Notes: generated by a model from the letters alone, not told the origin. A stretch of DNA of 63,816 nt, filler included, from Octopus bimaculoides (GCF_001194135.2; 5 parts of 4 records of this genome joined end to end with filler, not necessarily neighbours in it); one strand, 5' to 3'; counted from the whole stretch's first letter, positions 24,636-39,050 are shown. Made by a program: numbers and translations.

Positions 24636-25520
24636 GTGATAGAAACTACAAAACTGAAACAAAGACTGAAATGCATTTACTCCGAAACTTTACTGTCTCT
24701 GCGTCTCTTTTAACTTATTCTCATAACAGTAGCATCAGGTTATAACTAATACTTCTTCTTTTACCGACTCCGAGAAATAAAAAGATAAAGTTGACGCCAA
24801 GGTTAGTTGAACTGAGAAGGTGGCGAGATAGAACTAAACACTATGTTATGGGATCTTCGATCTCTTCGTGACGAAGAAAAATAGAAGAAAAAAAAAACAC
24901 GCACAAGATTTCAATAACCATAAAATAATACATATTACTATGTGCAGCAAATCGCATTCTCACTATAAATTGAATGTGGTATGCATCAATTGAATGCCGA
25001 ATACATACACAAAAATGCTGTACTGCACCTGAATCACACCTCGTGTGAACCTAAAAAACTTTGTTGAAATGAGAGAGGTAAAAATAGAGACATAATAAAT
25101 TTAAAAACAATATTTTAAAACGTTTTTGAAATATGTTTCTTTTTTCTTACTTAGATTATCGCGTTCTTCCTCGTCGACATATAAGAGTAATCTTTAAGTA
25201 AAACAATTGAAGCTGTTAGTGATATTAAATACTAAGTATTTTCCATTTAATATACTTTCTGATTTCCATTTTCTTGAAATTATTTCTCTCATCTCATATA
25301 TACACTCTCTCACATGCATACATACTCTAAGACATTTTCATTTATAACATTGTAATTATCTTAACGCGTTGCTTTTCATACCCTATTTTTGTCATATCGC
25401 AAATATTTACAAGTTTTAAAATGATTGTAAGATACATTTTCCTTCAGTCTGAAACAGATTGGCGCTTACCTATTTCCATATTTGATTATTTGTTTATTTT
25501 TGAAGATGTTATGGCCATGA

Positions 25521-26150
25521 TCAGTTGTTGCTGTTGGTGTGCAACCCTATAGCCAAATTGAACTGTGGCACGAAGGTAGTCGCCCGAATGATTAGATGAG
25601 GCCCACAGCTCCATAACTCCGGATTTGCCATCCATCTCTCTAGTTGAGGACCATAGTTCATCTTCTGATATGCAGAGGTTCGTTCTATCTTGCGCAGTGT
25701 TGAGCTATGGACAGTGTTGAGCTTGTAATGATTATAAAGTTGCTGACACTGGCTAACCATCTGTCTATTTTTCCAAGCACCATTCAAAGTTGAGAGTATC
25801 ACTCCATCCAGTGACTCATTTATGTTATCCAAAGCATTCATTTTTTTTAGACTTCATCCAGTAGTCATTAACTTTGTCATTTGCTTTCATCAGTTGTTTG
25901 AAAGTTCTATTGAGCTCTTAGGATATATTCTCCTTTCACATTATCAGGAAATTCACTGGGCAGCTTGGTGCATTGTCTAAAACGAGCAGTCTTTTCTTGG
26001 AGACATTTTCTTGGAGACATTTTCTTGGAGACGTTTTCTTGGAGACATTACGTCTGGCACTACAGCAGGACTAAAAAAATGCTTGTAAGCCACCCTTCGT
26101 AAAGCTCTTTGTCTTCCTTGTCTTATTTGAACACGAAATCAGAGGTGGAT
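25521..26150 (-). mobile_element. Possible decayed RTE-like LINE 3' fragment
   Basis: ELYEG and LERWMANPELW resemble RTE C-terminal motifs; it ends in caacagcaacaac. Similarity is weak. Confidence 0.3.
25992..26049. repeat. 14-bp tandem repeat x4 (ttttcttggagaca)
   Basis: Direct reading; one unit ends in g. Confidence 0.95.
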
Positions 26151-27091
26151 TAAACTTCGCGTAACCCCGAAAAGTACTGGAGTCATGGCATACTGCGATG
26201 TACCTTTTATATTATTTATATGCAAGTAGACTGAGCAAACGAACGTTGTCTTGGCCAGAGATGCAGGGAAGATCGTGGGATATAAACTTAACCATTTAGT
26301 TGTTGCTGCTGGTGTTGTTTAACCCTACGTCAAACGTTGCCAAGGACACCTATGATTAAAATTATTCCATCCTTTGCTAACCAATCGTTTTGCTTATCTC
26401 GTATGACATAAACGAATGTGTCTTTCTTTTGTAATGACTGTATAGTTTGATCTGTGGGATTTTTTTGCTGCTATTTTTAATAGTTCAAACGACTACACAG
26501 AGACTCTCGTTATTTTGATGATGTTCTGCCAATTTATATATTTAGTAAAAACGATAGTAATTTTTTTGTCACATATTAGGATGATAATTCAACTGGATTA
26601 TCTTCTATGATCACAGGCATCACCAACTTTTCCTATATTTAATTAACCTCAGTACAGGAGACAAAGTAAGTTGCTTACCTTCACCTCTTAACCTTACAAG
26701 TCATTAGCCATGTGAGTGAAAGAGCTGTAGTTGAACCAAATAGCAGTTAACAGATAACGGTTTTAGTTTTCTATGAGCTACCCAATTACTCTACTATGGT
26801 CATCGGCTGATCTTATAGAAGTTATCTCCTACAGTCATTTTAAATTTTAAAATGCCTAGATGAAATTTTTGTTTATCAATTGCATGGATACTCTCACATA
26901 AGTGAAGGTTTCAACTCGCTATATTATATGTAACTATATTACAGGGGCGTGTATTTTGTACGCCGAACGCTCTCCTAAAGTACTTCTCTCAACCATATTA
27001 AAGATATTCATCATGAGTGTCATTACATAGCCTCAATTTTTATCTATATAACGACCCTTTTTAAGTCTTTCCAACTGAGTAGAATATGCTT

Positions 27092-27128
27092 ATCGGAGGA
27101 GGTCTAATAAGACCGAAACATGTCCGTT
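27092..27128 (+). ncRNA. Decayed minimal hammerhead motif
   Basis: atcg-gagga-GGUC-uaauaa-GACC-GAAA-CAUG-UC-cgtt. Helix II is perfect, helix III palindromic and the triplet is GUC. The core appears to lack CU or carries U4G. Confidence 0.45.
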
Positions 27129-27581
27129 ACTTTCCTCAGTTGGTCTTAAAGACATGCTCCACTCCCATCTGTATCGTCTTTATTTTCCAAAAATTTCAAT
27201 TACATAATCTTATTGAAGTTACCTTTCTTGGTTGTTGTTTTCAGATTGTAGCTATCCCTAGAGTGAGATTTTGTCTATTAGTTGCAAAGCTAATCTCAGT
27301 TAATCAAAGTTTTCAACTTACTATATTACGTGAGTGAAACTCTACTGTATGTATAATGATCTGGTCTGTCACCCATGTCTGGTTGATAATCTCCAAAGTT
27401 CCCTCTCCGAAGTTGCAGCCTCCTATTTATTATTTTAACTGTTTTCATAAACATTGAGGTCAGTCAACGAATCTGGACTTTGAGTTATCGATGTTTACAT
27501 GATGCGAATAACAACTTGCCATAAAAGCTTTCAGGTTTCTGTTCAGCGAAGACAATGAGCTCTGAATAAAATACTCATATA

Positions 27582-27990
27582 TGGCACAGGTGTGACTATG
27601 TGGTAAGTAGCTTGCTTTCCAATCATATGATTCCGAGTTCAGTCTCTCTGCGTGAACCCTTGGGGAAATGTCTTCTACTGTATGTAGCCTTGTGAATGGA
27701 TTTGATTGAAGGAAACTGAGAGAAGCACATCGTAATATACATATCTGTGTGTGTGTGTTTATGTGTGTGCGCGCGCGTCTTTGTGTCTATGTTTAACCGC
27801 TTGACAGCTGATGTTGGTTTATTTACGTCCCCGTAACTTAGGGTTTCAGGAAAATTGACCAAGAAGTATTAAGCTTAAAAAGAAAAATTGTACTGGGATC
27901 GATTCGTTCGACTCAAAAAAAAAAAAAAAAATTCGAGGCACTGAACTAGCATGGCTGCAATCTAATGACCGAAATATAAGATAAAAGAAG
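27582..27990 (+). mobile_element. SINE family A (diverged)
   Basis: ggcacaggtgtgactatgtggtaagtagcttgc head; tail remnants. Confidence 0.8.
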
Positions 27991-28122
27991 AAGATAGGTA
28001 ATGGTTGCAGTCGTAATGATTCACATATATGAGACCTAGTCACTGACGGGGATGCCAAAACTGATACAAACATCGGAAACAGAATGCCTTTAGCTAATTT
28101 TCAAGTTTGTCTTAGGTAACTC

Positions 28123-28147
28123 GGGTTAGGGTTAGGGTTAGGGTTAG
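28123..28147 (+). repeat. Interstitial telomere-like repeat GGG(TTAGGG)3TTAG
   Basis: Direct reading. Confidence 0.9.
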
Positions 28148-28329
28148 CCTATGTAAATGTTGAATTGGATCCAGCAATTTTATATTAGTTCCACACACGG
28201 GCAGGGAACTTTTCAAAGTACTTTGACATTGATTTCTATATCGGGAAAACTTGAATTGGTGATAAACAAAGAGAAAAGCCACAGATCTGTGATCAATCTA
28301 CAGAGGAGGAAAACTAAGACTCTGCGAGC

Positions 28330-28545
28330 AGCCAATAAGCCTTTAGGTGGTCGCTTGATCTGGTAGAAATAGAAGCTAAATCTCCCTCATATCACTTACT
28401 ACTGTCTTAAAAAAGAAAAGACATATTGAATGGTGTAGTACTAGATGTATTATGACTAAATAAAAATAGGAATGTCATGACTGGAATGATGATGAATATA
28501 GGTTTTCTTAAACAAGTATGACCTAGGCTTATACAGCAACAGTAT
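28330..28545 (+). mobile_element. Old dispersed repeat family E (SINE-like 3' part with CAA tail)
   Basis: ctagaaatagcagccaaatctccctc..atcac..tactgtcttaaaaaa...ggctaaacaacaac-like sequence recurs at ~31840-32020, 33440-33645 and 39565-39750 (+) and ~10875-11000, 26295-26510 and 37700-37830 (-). Confidence 0.6.
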
Positions 28546-29787
28546 TAAGATATTGTAAATGTCAGTTTATGGCCTGTTTATGACCCTTTCAACCTATGAC
28601 GTCACAGTAATTTCTACGGAGTCATTTACCCCTTGCTATAGCTTGCTTTCGTTACTAGCAGATAATATGAATATATATTATGGTTCTGAATATACATTAC
28701 AACTTTAGTGCAGAAGTGCGCTATAATGATGTGCCGTTGTGTATTTACAATGTGATATAATGATTGATGCGTGGTTCCAATAATTTCTTATTTCGAGAGG
28801 ATGTTAATTTATACCTTACGAACCTAATTTATTCCAATATTTCCACACCAGCTATTTATTTGATTTGGTCTCTTCGCCTAACACCGCGTGTAGATATATT
28901 TCTTTCCAGACGACTGCTTCCGTATTTTTTCTGACCTGATCGCCACACATATTCAGTGTAAATGTATGGCTTTAACGTTGAATGAAATAAAATATAATTA
29001 TTTTCCGCGTATGTTGCTGAAATATGGTAATAAATGAGAGAACTGTATTGTAAAAAGAAAACGAAAGATAAAAATTTTTAACACAAGACTAGATATTTAG
29101 GAAACGGACAATCGATTACATCTAATCAGAACTTGAATGAGACATAACTTACCTCTCTTGGTAAGATTCGAACTCAAAGCGTAAAATGATTTATCTAAAT
29201 ACTGTCATGCATTTAGGCCAGTACTAATGCTCGCGACGTAAACTGCTAATTATAAGACAATAATTTATTTTCGAATTCCGTTAGAACAACAGAAATATTG
29301 GGTAAATTACCCTTACAAAGCGAAGAAATTTGTCAACAAACAGCCATGGCACTCAAACTCAAATCCTCGAAGACTCCAGGTGAGAGCATTACCATTAAGC
29401 TAAACTGTCCGCTGACGAATTAAGGTACAATTTTAAACGCTATAAAGCTAAATGTACAACTACGTGTATATAGATATAAATAAACAAACATTTGTTTTTA
29501 TAAGCGTCGAAATGTGTATTGTAAGATGCAAGTACGATGACAATTTATTATCGAACGCAGAAACGCCGTTAGAACAGTAGGAATATTGGGTAAATTATAA
29601 AGTTTTCATATTTTTTGCCACATGTGCTCAGTGTTCATGCAACAACGTATTAAAGAAAATGGTTATAAAACATGTGGAAATGTACACACATAATCATTAA
29701 AATGAGAGGTGGGGCAAAAACGATATATAATTGATTAAGGCATTTCATAAAGTTGAACAAAATGCACAAATAAATACATAAATATTA

Positions 29788-30003
29788 GTTTCAAATTTTG
29801 GCACAAGGCGAGCAATTTCGGAGCGGGTGGAGGTGTAAGCCGATTACGTTGATACCAAATATTTAACTGGTACTTATTTTATCGACCTTCAAAGGCAAAG
29901 GCGATCTCGGCGAAATTTGAACTCAGAACATAAAGACGGATGAAATGGTGCTACGCATTTTGCCTGGCATGCTAACGATTCTAACAGCTCACCACCTTAA
30001 TAA
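29788..30003 (-). mobile_element. SINE family C with 16-bp TSD
   Basis: TSD aaatacataaatatta at 29772-29787 and 30004-30019. Confidence 0.9.
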
Positions 30004-30499
30004 AAATACATAAATATTAATAAAACAAATGCAAATAAAGCACAAATAAATAACAAATAAAAGAATAAGAATAAACCACCTGTAATCAGTGGCGAAACGG
30101 CCGCCAAATAGGCCACATCATAGTAGTCCATAAATCAGGTCACTTTTCAATCTTGGAACTGCGAACTGATACAACTAAAAGTACTCGTGCACCTAGTTGC
30201 TATGTTGAACATGACAAGAAGCCCCCTACGTTCTGATTCAAGTGACCACCGACTATCGGCATTGTTTTTAATTATAGTTTTGAATTCCAGTCTTATTTCC
30301 TCGTCCTAAATCAGCACGTCTTAATTTTCTTAAAGGCCATTCAAACAACTGTGAATCTCATGTCATCCCAGATGTGAATATGGTGGTTTCTTCTACATAG
30401 TGTTACAAATCTTCGACTTAGAGCTCAATTTTCTTTTCTTTTGTGTTTCTTGTACCATCAGTGACAGTTTCCCTCTCCTTCATAGCCTCCATTTTCTAC

Positions 30500-31000
30500 C
30501 CGTTATCACGAGACAATAGAATGGTACTCTTAGAAGGCTCTGGCTCGACCTCTTGGTTGAAGGCAACCACTTTCAGAGTTGCGACCATGGTACTCGGAAA
30601 ACAACAGTTTCTGTGGCTTGTCGTCGTTGTCGCCATCGTTGTTGTTATTGTTGTTACTGCTGCTGCTGTTGTTGTTGCTGTTGACCATTTTCTTTCTTTC
30701 ACTGCTTCTCCAGCTCTTCTGTATAGAAAGCCCTCAAGTATCTCTTGCTGCCACACATAGAAACTGAACTTTCTATCGCGAGTTTAATGACTTTCCTTTC
30801 CAAGGTAGCTTTGTTGTTTTCGAATCATCAGGAATTGCATCCCCATATAGATTTCACCTGACCATATGATACTCATGTCGCTTCCATTCTTACTGCCAAC
30901 TTGCACCGTTCCACAAAGGTGACGAAGAGCCAAGGGTCAATCTCGCTATCGATGTTTCTGATCGTAATTCTTTGCTTCGTCTCCCTATGTATCATCGAGA
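30500..31000 (-). mobile_element. Possible decayed LINE ORF1/gag-like fragment
   Basis: Minus-strand remnants IRNIDSEIDPWLFVT and MCGSKRYLRAF (possible degenerate CCHC knuckle) followed by low-complexity A/T-rich coding; disrupted. Confidence 0.25.
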
Positions 31001-31189
31001 TACCGTTTTATGAGTAAGTGTGAAGTAGTGAACTAATCTGATTCTCACCCACCCTCAGTCCTGAAGACCAGGCACTAACTTTACACTCCTTCCCCGGTAG
31101 ATGGAACATAAATCGTGCCACACGCCGGCTACGTTTTTACTACTTGTTCTATTGAAGGCATATGGAAACCTCTTTCTTTCTCGTCCTTC

Positions 31190-31320
31190 GCGGTTCGACC
31201 CCGAAAGGAAGAAACGCGAAGTCGCCCCCTGCGGAATTTGAACTCAGAACGTAAAGACGGACGAAATGCCGCTAAGCATTTTGTCTGGCGTGCTAGCGAT
31301 TCTGTCTACTCGCCGCTTTA
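31190..31320 (-). mobile_element. SINE family C head fragment
   Basis: gcggaatttgaactcagaacgtaaagacggacgaaatgccgctaagcatt. Confidence 0.8.
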
Positions 31321-32029
31321 CGGGCTGCAAGAATATTAAGAAGACTCTTTGAGCTCAAAATTAAGCATCAAAATCAAATGAATATATTTTCTACTTGAAT
31401 ATTTGTAATTATCATTATCAATATTCATCCTTTCGGAGTCGATAAGATAAAGTACCAGTCAAGTAATGGAGAATAGGGTGAGGGAGGTCGATGTAATCGA
31501 CTGCCATTCCCTTTAAAATTGCTGGCACTGTACCAAAATTAGAAAGAATGATCAGTATCCACTTTTATTCAGGCAATGAAATGGAACATTCACGACTTTT
31601 CCGATGGCATAACTGAAGCGAAATAACATTTTACATGAAATCGAAACTGGATCACTGACTCGCTTTGCATGTATTTGCCTCTAATTATAGCATCTATTTC
31701 AATGTGTAAATGATTTATTTATTTTCTTAGAAGTGTAGCTCGTCATTGTTTTGGCGATTATTGCAGGAAGCATATCTATTTCTTACTCCAACAAGGGGTG
31801 TCCTGGTAGTCGAGTGACTGCGTTGAGTGACTTTATGTGATCGCTAGTCCTGTTAGAAATAACAGCTATGTCTGTCTCAAAGCACACCAACAGTGTCTTA
31901 AAAGAGATGTATTAGCTAATGTACTCTGGAGCATGATGGTTCATACAGTACAAAAGAAAAAGACGATGGTTTGGCTGGACTGCTTAGAACTGCTCAATTG
32001 AGATCGATCTGAGGTTAAAGAAGAAGAAG

Positions 32030-32060
<31 letters not shown>

Positions 32061-34330
32061 CTGTATTATAATAAATAAACCCTTTGCTTACATTTTATAA
32101 AATATATAAGGCAAAACGAATCGGAAAATACATTTGTAACGAAGAGCTTCCTGTATTTTTTTTTTTACCCAAGATACGAAACTTAGCCTACATTTTATCT
32201 ACCGGTTTCTTTCCTATTGTTCTCGTCTTTTGCAATAGGAAATTAATGGATGTTAACTGTTATCCTAAAATCTTTCCAGTGAAACTTAAGACAAGGCAGA
32301 TAGAAGACGAAACAGTCTTTGCTTAGTCAGACCTAATTTAGTTAGAAAAATTATAATACGGAACCCGAATTTGGTTCTATTTCTGTTTTCGCTTGGTCGT
32401 TGGTCTAAGGAGCATTTCATGTATGGCCTATGGCCTATTATCACGCGACGACTCAACTCTCACCATCGCTACTTGTCAACATACGGAGGTAAATCTTTTT
32501 TTTTTCTCTTTTCTTCTTTCATCCGTTCTTTTAGCAGCTAACAATAGATAAACTTAACTACCTACTGAATGGATAAAAGAACGGCAAATATTATGTGTAT
32601 AACAACTCGAAGAAGTTGTGTCTTACATTGTAACGATAAAAATAAATGGATATTTTAACCAATAAATATTTTCCCCTCATTTATTTGCTACATACAAATT
32701 GTTACAAACTTGATGACCTTCCGTCACAAGAACTGCATGCCCTCTCCGTCAAATGCTGTAATAATCATTACATATTTGTTAACTGTTTAAACTTTCCTGA
32801 ATTAACATTAGATTTTCGTAACCTCTCTGTTTCGCTCAAGAAGCTCTTCAATGACGTTTGTGCTGGCTTGTCAGAGATATTTAATAATGTGTTACTTTCG
32901 GATGGTTTACAAGAGGAGATTTTAAAAATTTTATTGTACTGGAAATCGATATCCTTAACTGTAGGAAGTGAATGCCTTATGTTAGTTTAATAGTGTTTAC
33001 TAACTGAATAAAAATTAATGATCGTTGAAGAAGTTAATAAATGAACGTTAAAATAAACATTAAAGAATCCATTAGGTTACTTTTTACCCTATTTTCATTC
33101 ACAACTTCTACTGTTTATTAATATCGATTTTATACTGGTTGTTATAGTAACGAATAAGTTGCTTCAGGGCTATGGCGTGAACGATTCTATCTTAGTCGAG
33201 GTCCATTGGATTGCACAACACCAGGACGATAAGCTAATAAATCACTGTTAATGTTTGAATTTTTCCCACTGCTTACAGTAATAATGTTGTTGGTGTGAGG
33301 TACATATTTACAGTCAGATAGATTGCGCTGATGGGAGTTTAATGTTTTGGTCATAAACATATTGCATCGCTAATGACGGAATTTGATCGATCGAACTTGT
33401 GGCATGCTATTCAGCAACATGTCTACAGATACAAGAGGAGCCTTCACGTGATAGCTCAATCTGCTATATGTAGGAGTCAAATTTTCTTAAATCTCACTCT
33501 ACTCTCTTAATGAAAAATGATACATATAATGTATAATGTTGAGCTTGATACAGATACAGTATTTCTGACAGAAAATTACAGGACAGTCACGGTTGGAAAA
33601 CCTCTGATCAATGCTATCCTTGGGCTAAATAGCAACAACAACAACTGAGATTCTTATAAGTAACAATGTTATAAAACTATATTTTCGTGCATTGTTTTCG
33701 TTAATGACTTCCTTAATTGTTTCTGGACATTGATAAACGCAGAAGTTACTATTAATAAACATTCGCACATAATTATCGATTATACGATAGGCAAGTGCTA
33801 AGGAAGACGACTTATCATTGAGACAACGTTCTTAAAATGTTCATTTACTGATCGATTCCAAGAGAGACGATATGACTCTTAATCATTTCAGAGTTTCAAT
33901 GGGGTTTTAAGGAATAGAAAAACGTTTCTATGGAGATGTCCTAAGGAAATGTCACGTGTGGAAATAAAATCAATATTTTCAAGGATATCATCTACGATAA
34001 GATACCGAACGTTTCTTTCGATTTTGTCTAATGGTATGTCTAAAGATTCTATCAATATATTTTGATTTTTCTAAAGGAAACTCGGCCGAGAAAGTGAACG
34101 GTCTCATTGTTGCTGTTATTAATACTTTTGTTGTTTAACTTCCTTGAGTAGACCTGTAATAAAAGGCATTCCCGACATGATCATCTCGCCTTTGATGGCC
34201 TACATTATCCAATGTGTACTTTTTATAAGATTGTACGGTAAGATTTTGAGTTGGAGAGATTTGGATGCTATTTCTAACACATCACGTGGTCATGTAGCGG
34301 TTCCCTCATTGCTTGTGTTATTTCACTTGT

Positions 34331-34387
34331 GTAAGATTTCAAGGTCCCTTAGGTAAGATTTCAAGGTCACTTAGGTAAGATTTCAAG
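34331..34387. repeat. 22-bp tandem repeat x2.6 (gtaagatttcaaggtc(c/a)cttag)
   Basis: Direct reading. Confidence 0.9.
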
Positions 34388-37300
34388 AGCGTCTCAGTTT
34401 TGGAGCACGATAGGAATTTCCGTCGAATTTTCAACAATTTTTATTACACCACCTGTGATATTTTGTTTCGAGGCTAGGGCACTTAAAAAAAGATAGTGCA
34501 GTTTTCTTAATTGTAAATACTGTGCGTAAGCGCAGATTTAACGATATTTCATTAGCTTTCAATATTGAGTTCAAATTCGACGATGAGTATACCCTTTTTA
34601 TTTTCATTTTTACAAGGACTTGTAAGAAGAGGAAGGGCAGTCTCTGATCTTCCCCAGATACCTTGACTCTGGTGGGAGGAATAAAGGATGAATTCGTCTT
34701 CAATCAAAGGATCTGACCAGAATGTATACTCTGTGAAAGGTGCTCAGGAGACAGGCGGTGGAGTTAAGGTAACGGATCAAGTCTATCACTCAAGAAACAA
34801 ACAATTCCTCTGATTGGTTTCTCCTACATATTTTCCGATTTCCAAATTTAACTCACAAGGACTTTGTCATTCGAGGCTATGGCAGAAGACACATGTTTGA
34901 GATACTACGCAGTGGGATTAAATTTGAAACTAGTTGGTTGGAAAGAGAGCTTCTTGGAGGAAGATGTGTAATATTTGGTTAGCTTATCTTAGATATGTGA
35001 TGAGGGATTTCCGACGTTCAACGATAAAGATTTAGTTGTTCGATCAACTGAGTTACCTGCTTCTGAATTAACCTAACATTCCACATTATACACCCCTAAT
35101 GTAATTCTGACAGAATCAGCATGACATAGCGTGTAGCAAAGCTGTACTTCGAATTGTAGGTATAATCCACCTGTTAGACTTCTCTATAGAGTTCTACAGA
35201 ATTTCACTCATACGGTTTGGGTCGACTCGAGGCTATAGAAAATGGTATTTACTCAGGATGTCATGCCATCCTGTGGGATCTTGAGGAAACGCGAACCGAA
35301 CTTTTTAATCATCCGGCAATACTGCACTTATACCCTAAATATATTACCCAATATTTTCAAATATTTGAACTTAGCATTCAAATGTCTCAATGACCTGATG
35401 GTTTATCGAATCTCGCCACTATGTCAGCAAGAAATAACCAAAGATTCGAATCAGTACTTAAATGAATCTTATGAAAAATATCTTATTGATTTAGTCGAAC
35501 AAATGCTGTCACAGAAGTATCAAGTTCTATAACAATTTCCTACAGATTGCTTACATTGATAAAACTCCACAAATATTCTATGCTTATATAACTGCATAAG
35601 AAATTTTATAGCGTTTATATTAAAACATCATAAAATAATGTTTTAATATAAACAACATGGATGAAAACAACTCGAAGCAATTTGCCTTTATAATTTCACG
35701 AAGGATTGAATCCTTTTAATTAGGATAGAGAAGTAATTCTTTTAAAAAACAAAACGAAAATTCTCAATATTCGAACTAATTTAAGCTTCGTATCTATTTA
35801 GTAGAGTTAATTAATTCACTTCAGGTAGAAGTTACTTTGCTTCCACTATGATTAACTCTCTTCCACATTGTTGAATTTTCTTCTGCTGAGATTAGTACGC
35901 TCCACTTGTATTTGGTTCTCAACCAATATGGTTGACTATCAAGTTAAAGTAGACATTCTCTATATGAATATGTAAAATTGCTCAGTGTTATCAAAATATC
36001 AATTTATTTAATTCGGCCTAAGCTTTAGAGACGAGAATAGAAATTTGAATTTGTGGCGATCATCTTTTTCTCCGAGTCATTTGAAATGTAAGTAAAATAG
36101 ACTGACAACAGTTGAGAATCGCAGTTTCGGAACGACATGATGCTTTCAATACTTAAAAAGTATTCCAATATATTGCTTTATAATTTTGGTACAAATAGGC
36201 AACTACGTCAAGAACAGATGCAATCGATTAAATCATTGTCACCTTTTCTATCGACTTTAGCAAAGATTTGACTACCGAAAGTAATGAATAGTAACCAAAT
36301 CTGAAAACATTCAGCCCAGCACTTTGTCAAAGATGATGCTCACTCGCTCTAGAATATTCTAAAATGGTGATTTCTAACGTAGGTACAACGTTACAAATTC
36401 AGTGGTGGTGGGTGTTAGTCGATTAAATTTAATTCATTTCTTGCCTGGCATTCTATTTTTCCAGCCCGAGGGAATGAAAGGTAAAATTGACCTCAGTGGA
36501 GTTTGAACTCAGAACATATATATATATATAAAAAGAAAAAAACATGCCGTAACTAAATAACGAAGGCGTTTTATTTGATGCTCTTATGATTGTTAACTCA
36601 CCACCCTAGAATATTCTACTTAAACTGAATCATGACGATTAATTGTTGTCAATACTTAATAAATTATTTTTCAAAAAGTTAAAAATTTGGCTTAAAATCA
36701 ATTCCTGAAATTTTGATTTTTATGAAAATCAAATAAAAACGCATGATTGAACTTCGATTTCTTTCAATTTTCTAAAAGTAGTAATTTCAATTTTTTTTTT
36801 ATTATTAATGTTTAAAAATAACGTTACATGCTAAAACACCAGTTCTTAATCATTGTCAATAAACAGTGCTTTCAGATGAAATTCAAATTTCTCCAAATTT
36901 TACAGCTTTGATTTCAATCTGCTGTCCTTTTTTTTGTTACAAATTATATTGTCTTTTGTTCTGACGCCAATACCAAATATTTTGAGGTTGATTTTGTAAG
37001 TCACGATAATGAAATATAGCGGACACAGTAATGAGATAAATTACCTATTTTGCATTATTCTTTCAATTTAAAAATCGTTGTATAGTAAATTTTGGTGGGG
37101 AATCCGTCAAGTGTTTGTTTTGACAATTCTTATCGTTGACGGGTAAGTGGGGTTTGATCTTATTTCTAAAAAGTAATGAAAAAGCATGAAAGTGCAATTT
37201 AAATTTTAGCGATCGATTTTGATTTTAATGAAGTTCTTTAACATAGGAAAAAATAAACTTTATTAATTTATAAAGATAAAAAAATCATTGAGTGCAATTT

Positions 37301-38299
37301 GAACGATATCACGTGTTGATTCAAGAAGATAAAAATCATGTCGATCGTCACAACTTACTGTTTGTTACCTGTGAGCATACTTTCAACTGACAGAAATTTC
37401 TCGTGCTTTAATAAGCACATTGCTGAAAGTGATAACATCTTCGATAATTAATGAAGTATCACAAGATTACTGATTATGTTTAATAGGAGCTATATCTTCT
37501 GCTACAAATTCTCGAGCAAGTCACAAGATTCACAAACGCACACCACAGGAAGCAAGATGCGCTGCATTTTATCCTAACTTTCAGTGTTAAACTTTTGGGA
37601 AACATCTAAACGTTCTGATAGGAACACAGTTCTATCCCAAGTTTTTATATCTAGTAAACTATTAGAACTCAGCTAATAAAACAAACACTCGTCGGTTATC
37701 CAGATACGTTGTATTTGTTTAAACTCAGATCAGCCCTAATGAGTAGATTTATGATCAAAAGAAATCCTGCTCCTGAAGGAGGTCTCAGTTTCTAGAAATA
37801 TCTCATGCAACTTAAGAGCAACCAGCTGAATCTATTTTACGAAATATATGAAGGAGAAACATTTTAACATATTCTAACATAACTAAAGGTTTGTGAATGG
37901 TCTTATTTCTCAAAAACCTGTCAGTACAGACAGGCGATTAATTTTTTTTTTAACTCGAGATGTTTATATCAAGTTACATTTTGAAAGTTTTGTTTTTACA
38001 TTTGAAATTGCTGTATTGTAGCTATTTATTTAATTAAGAGATCCTACAGCTGTTGCAGGTTCGGGAAAAATTGGCTTGAAGAACAGACAAGTTTTAGTGG
38101 TTGACCTTGCTGATGTTGCTTTCGGATAATGAAAGGCTCTACGATGTTGATAATATTGTTGAATACCAGTTTCTGTTCATATATTAATGTAGGAAATGAC
38201 ATTATCAAACAATTCTCGTATAATAGAGAGTTGGGGATTTTAAAACAATGGTTAGTTGTCTTCATCTTCCTCACTATGTCTGCTGTCACCAATGAGAAC

Positions 38300-39050
38300 T
38301 TCATCCGCTATTTCTTATGTTAATACATCGTATCCAGCGTCACCCTCTATGTCTTCAAACGATGTTCTGACGTTGTCTTTAGTAACGTCTATTTCACCTC
38401 ACCCTCAGTAGTATATGCTGAAATCCCTTGTTTCGAATCTTCCAAAACAGTATTCTACTTCGATGTCGTACGGTGCCTTCTATGAAGCTTCTCAGCAGAA
38501 TATTGCTAAGGTTGTAGTTCTTGATGTTATTGTGAATCCTTTGTGTTCATATGTCATCCTAAGATCATCATTTGCTATCACAAAGAGAAATTTATCCAGA
38601 TATCTTCGTGGGTATTATCTCTACAATTTTACTAATGTTACACAATCCATCCAACGGACCGAGATCCATCGATTAAATTGGGTACGTAATATTGGTTAGC
38701 AAGAATATGCATCTTATTTTACTATCGTTCTCAACAAATTGTAAATGCCTAGGTCAGCTAGTGCATTGTCCAGTATTAATAACGCCTTCACTTCATTAGT
38801 AGAAATTTGAGGACAATTTCCTAATATTTACACTTTACAGAAATGAAATACAAGAAAAACCAGTCACTAAAAATATATACATTGAACTACGACTTCTTAG
38901 ATTGGTAATAATGACCTGCTTAGATAGTGCATTATGTTTTTTAAAGCTCATGGATGTACTGACTTTAGTTCTACCACTACCTTCAAAAGGTGCATACCGG
39001 TCTACATTCAACGCCAAGAAAAAAGAAGAAAAAAGAGATAAGTAAAAGAA
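38300..39050 (-). mobile_element. Tigger/pogo transposase DDE remnant
   Basis: Minus strand EVKALLILDNALA (38762-38790) and IRCIFLLTNITYPI*SMDLG match KALLILDNAPAH and FLPPNTTSLIQPMDQG; downstream NIKNYNL. Confidence 0.85.

Noticed and set aside
29345-29415. ATG...ccag|gtgaga short phase-1 exon candidate
   Set aside because: The peptide MALKLKSSKTP is not SLC22-like, and the region reads as a decayed tRNA-like SINE head on the minus strand.
32360-32495. Hydrophobic frame (YFCFRLVVGL...) ending at a gag|gtaaat donor
   Set aside because: A stop lies immediately upstream with no usable acceptor; no convincing family motif.
32646-32990. 114-aa ORF
   Set aside because: No recognisable motif or splice support; such a length is plausible by chance in 64 kb.
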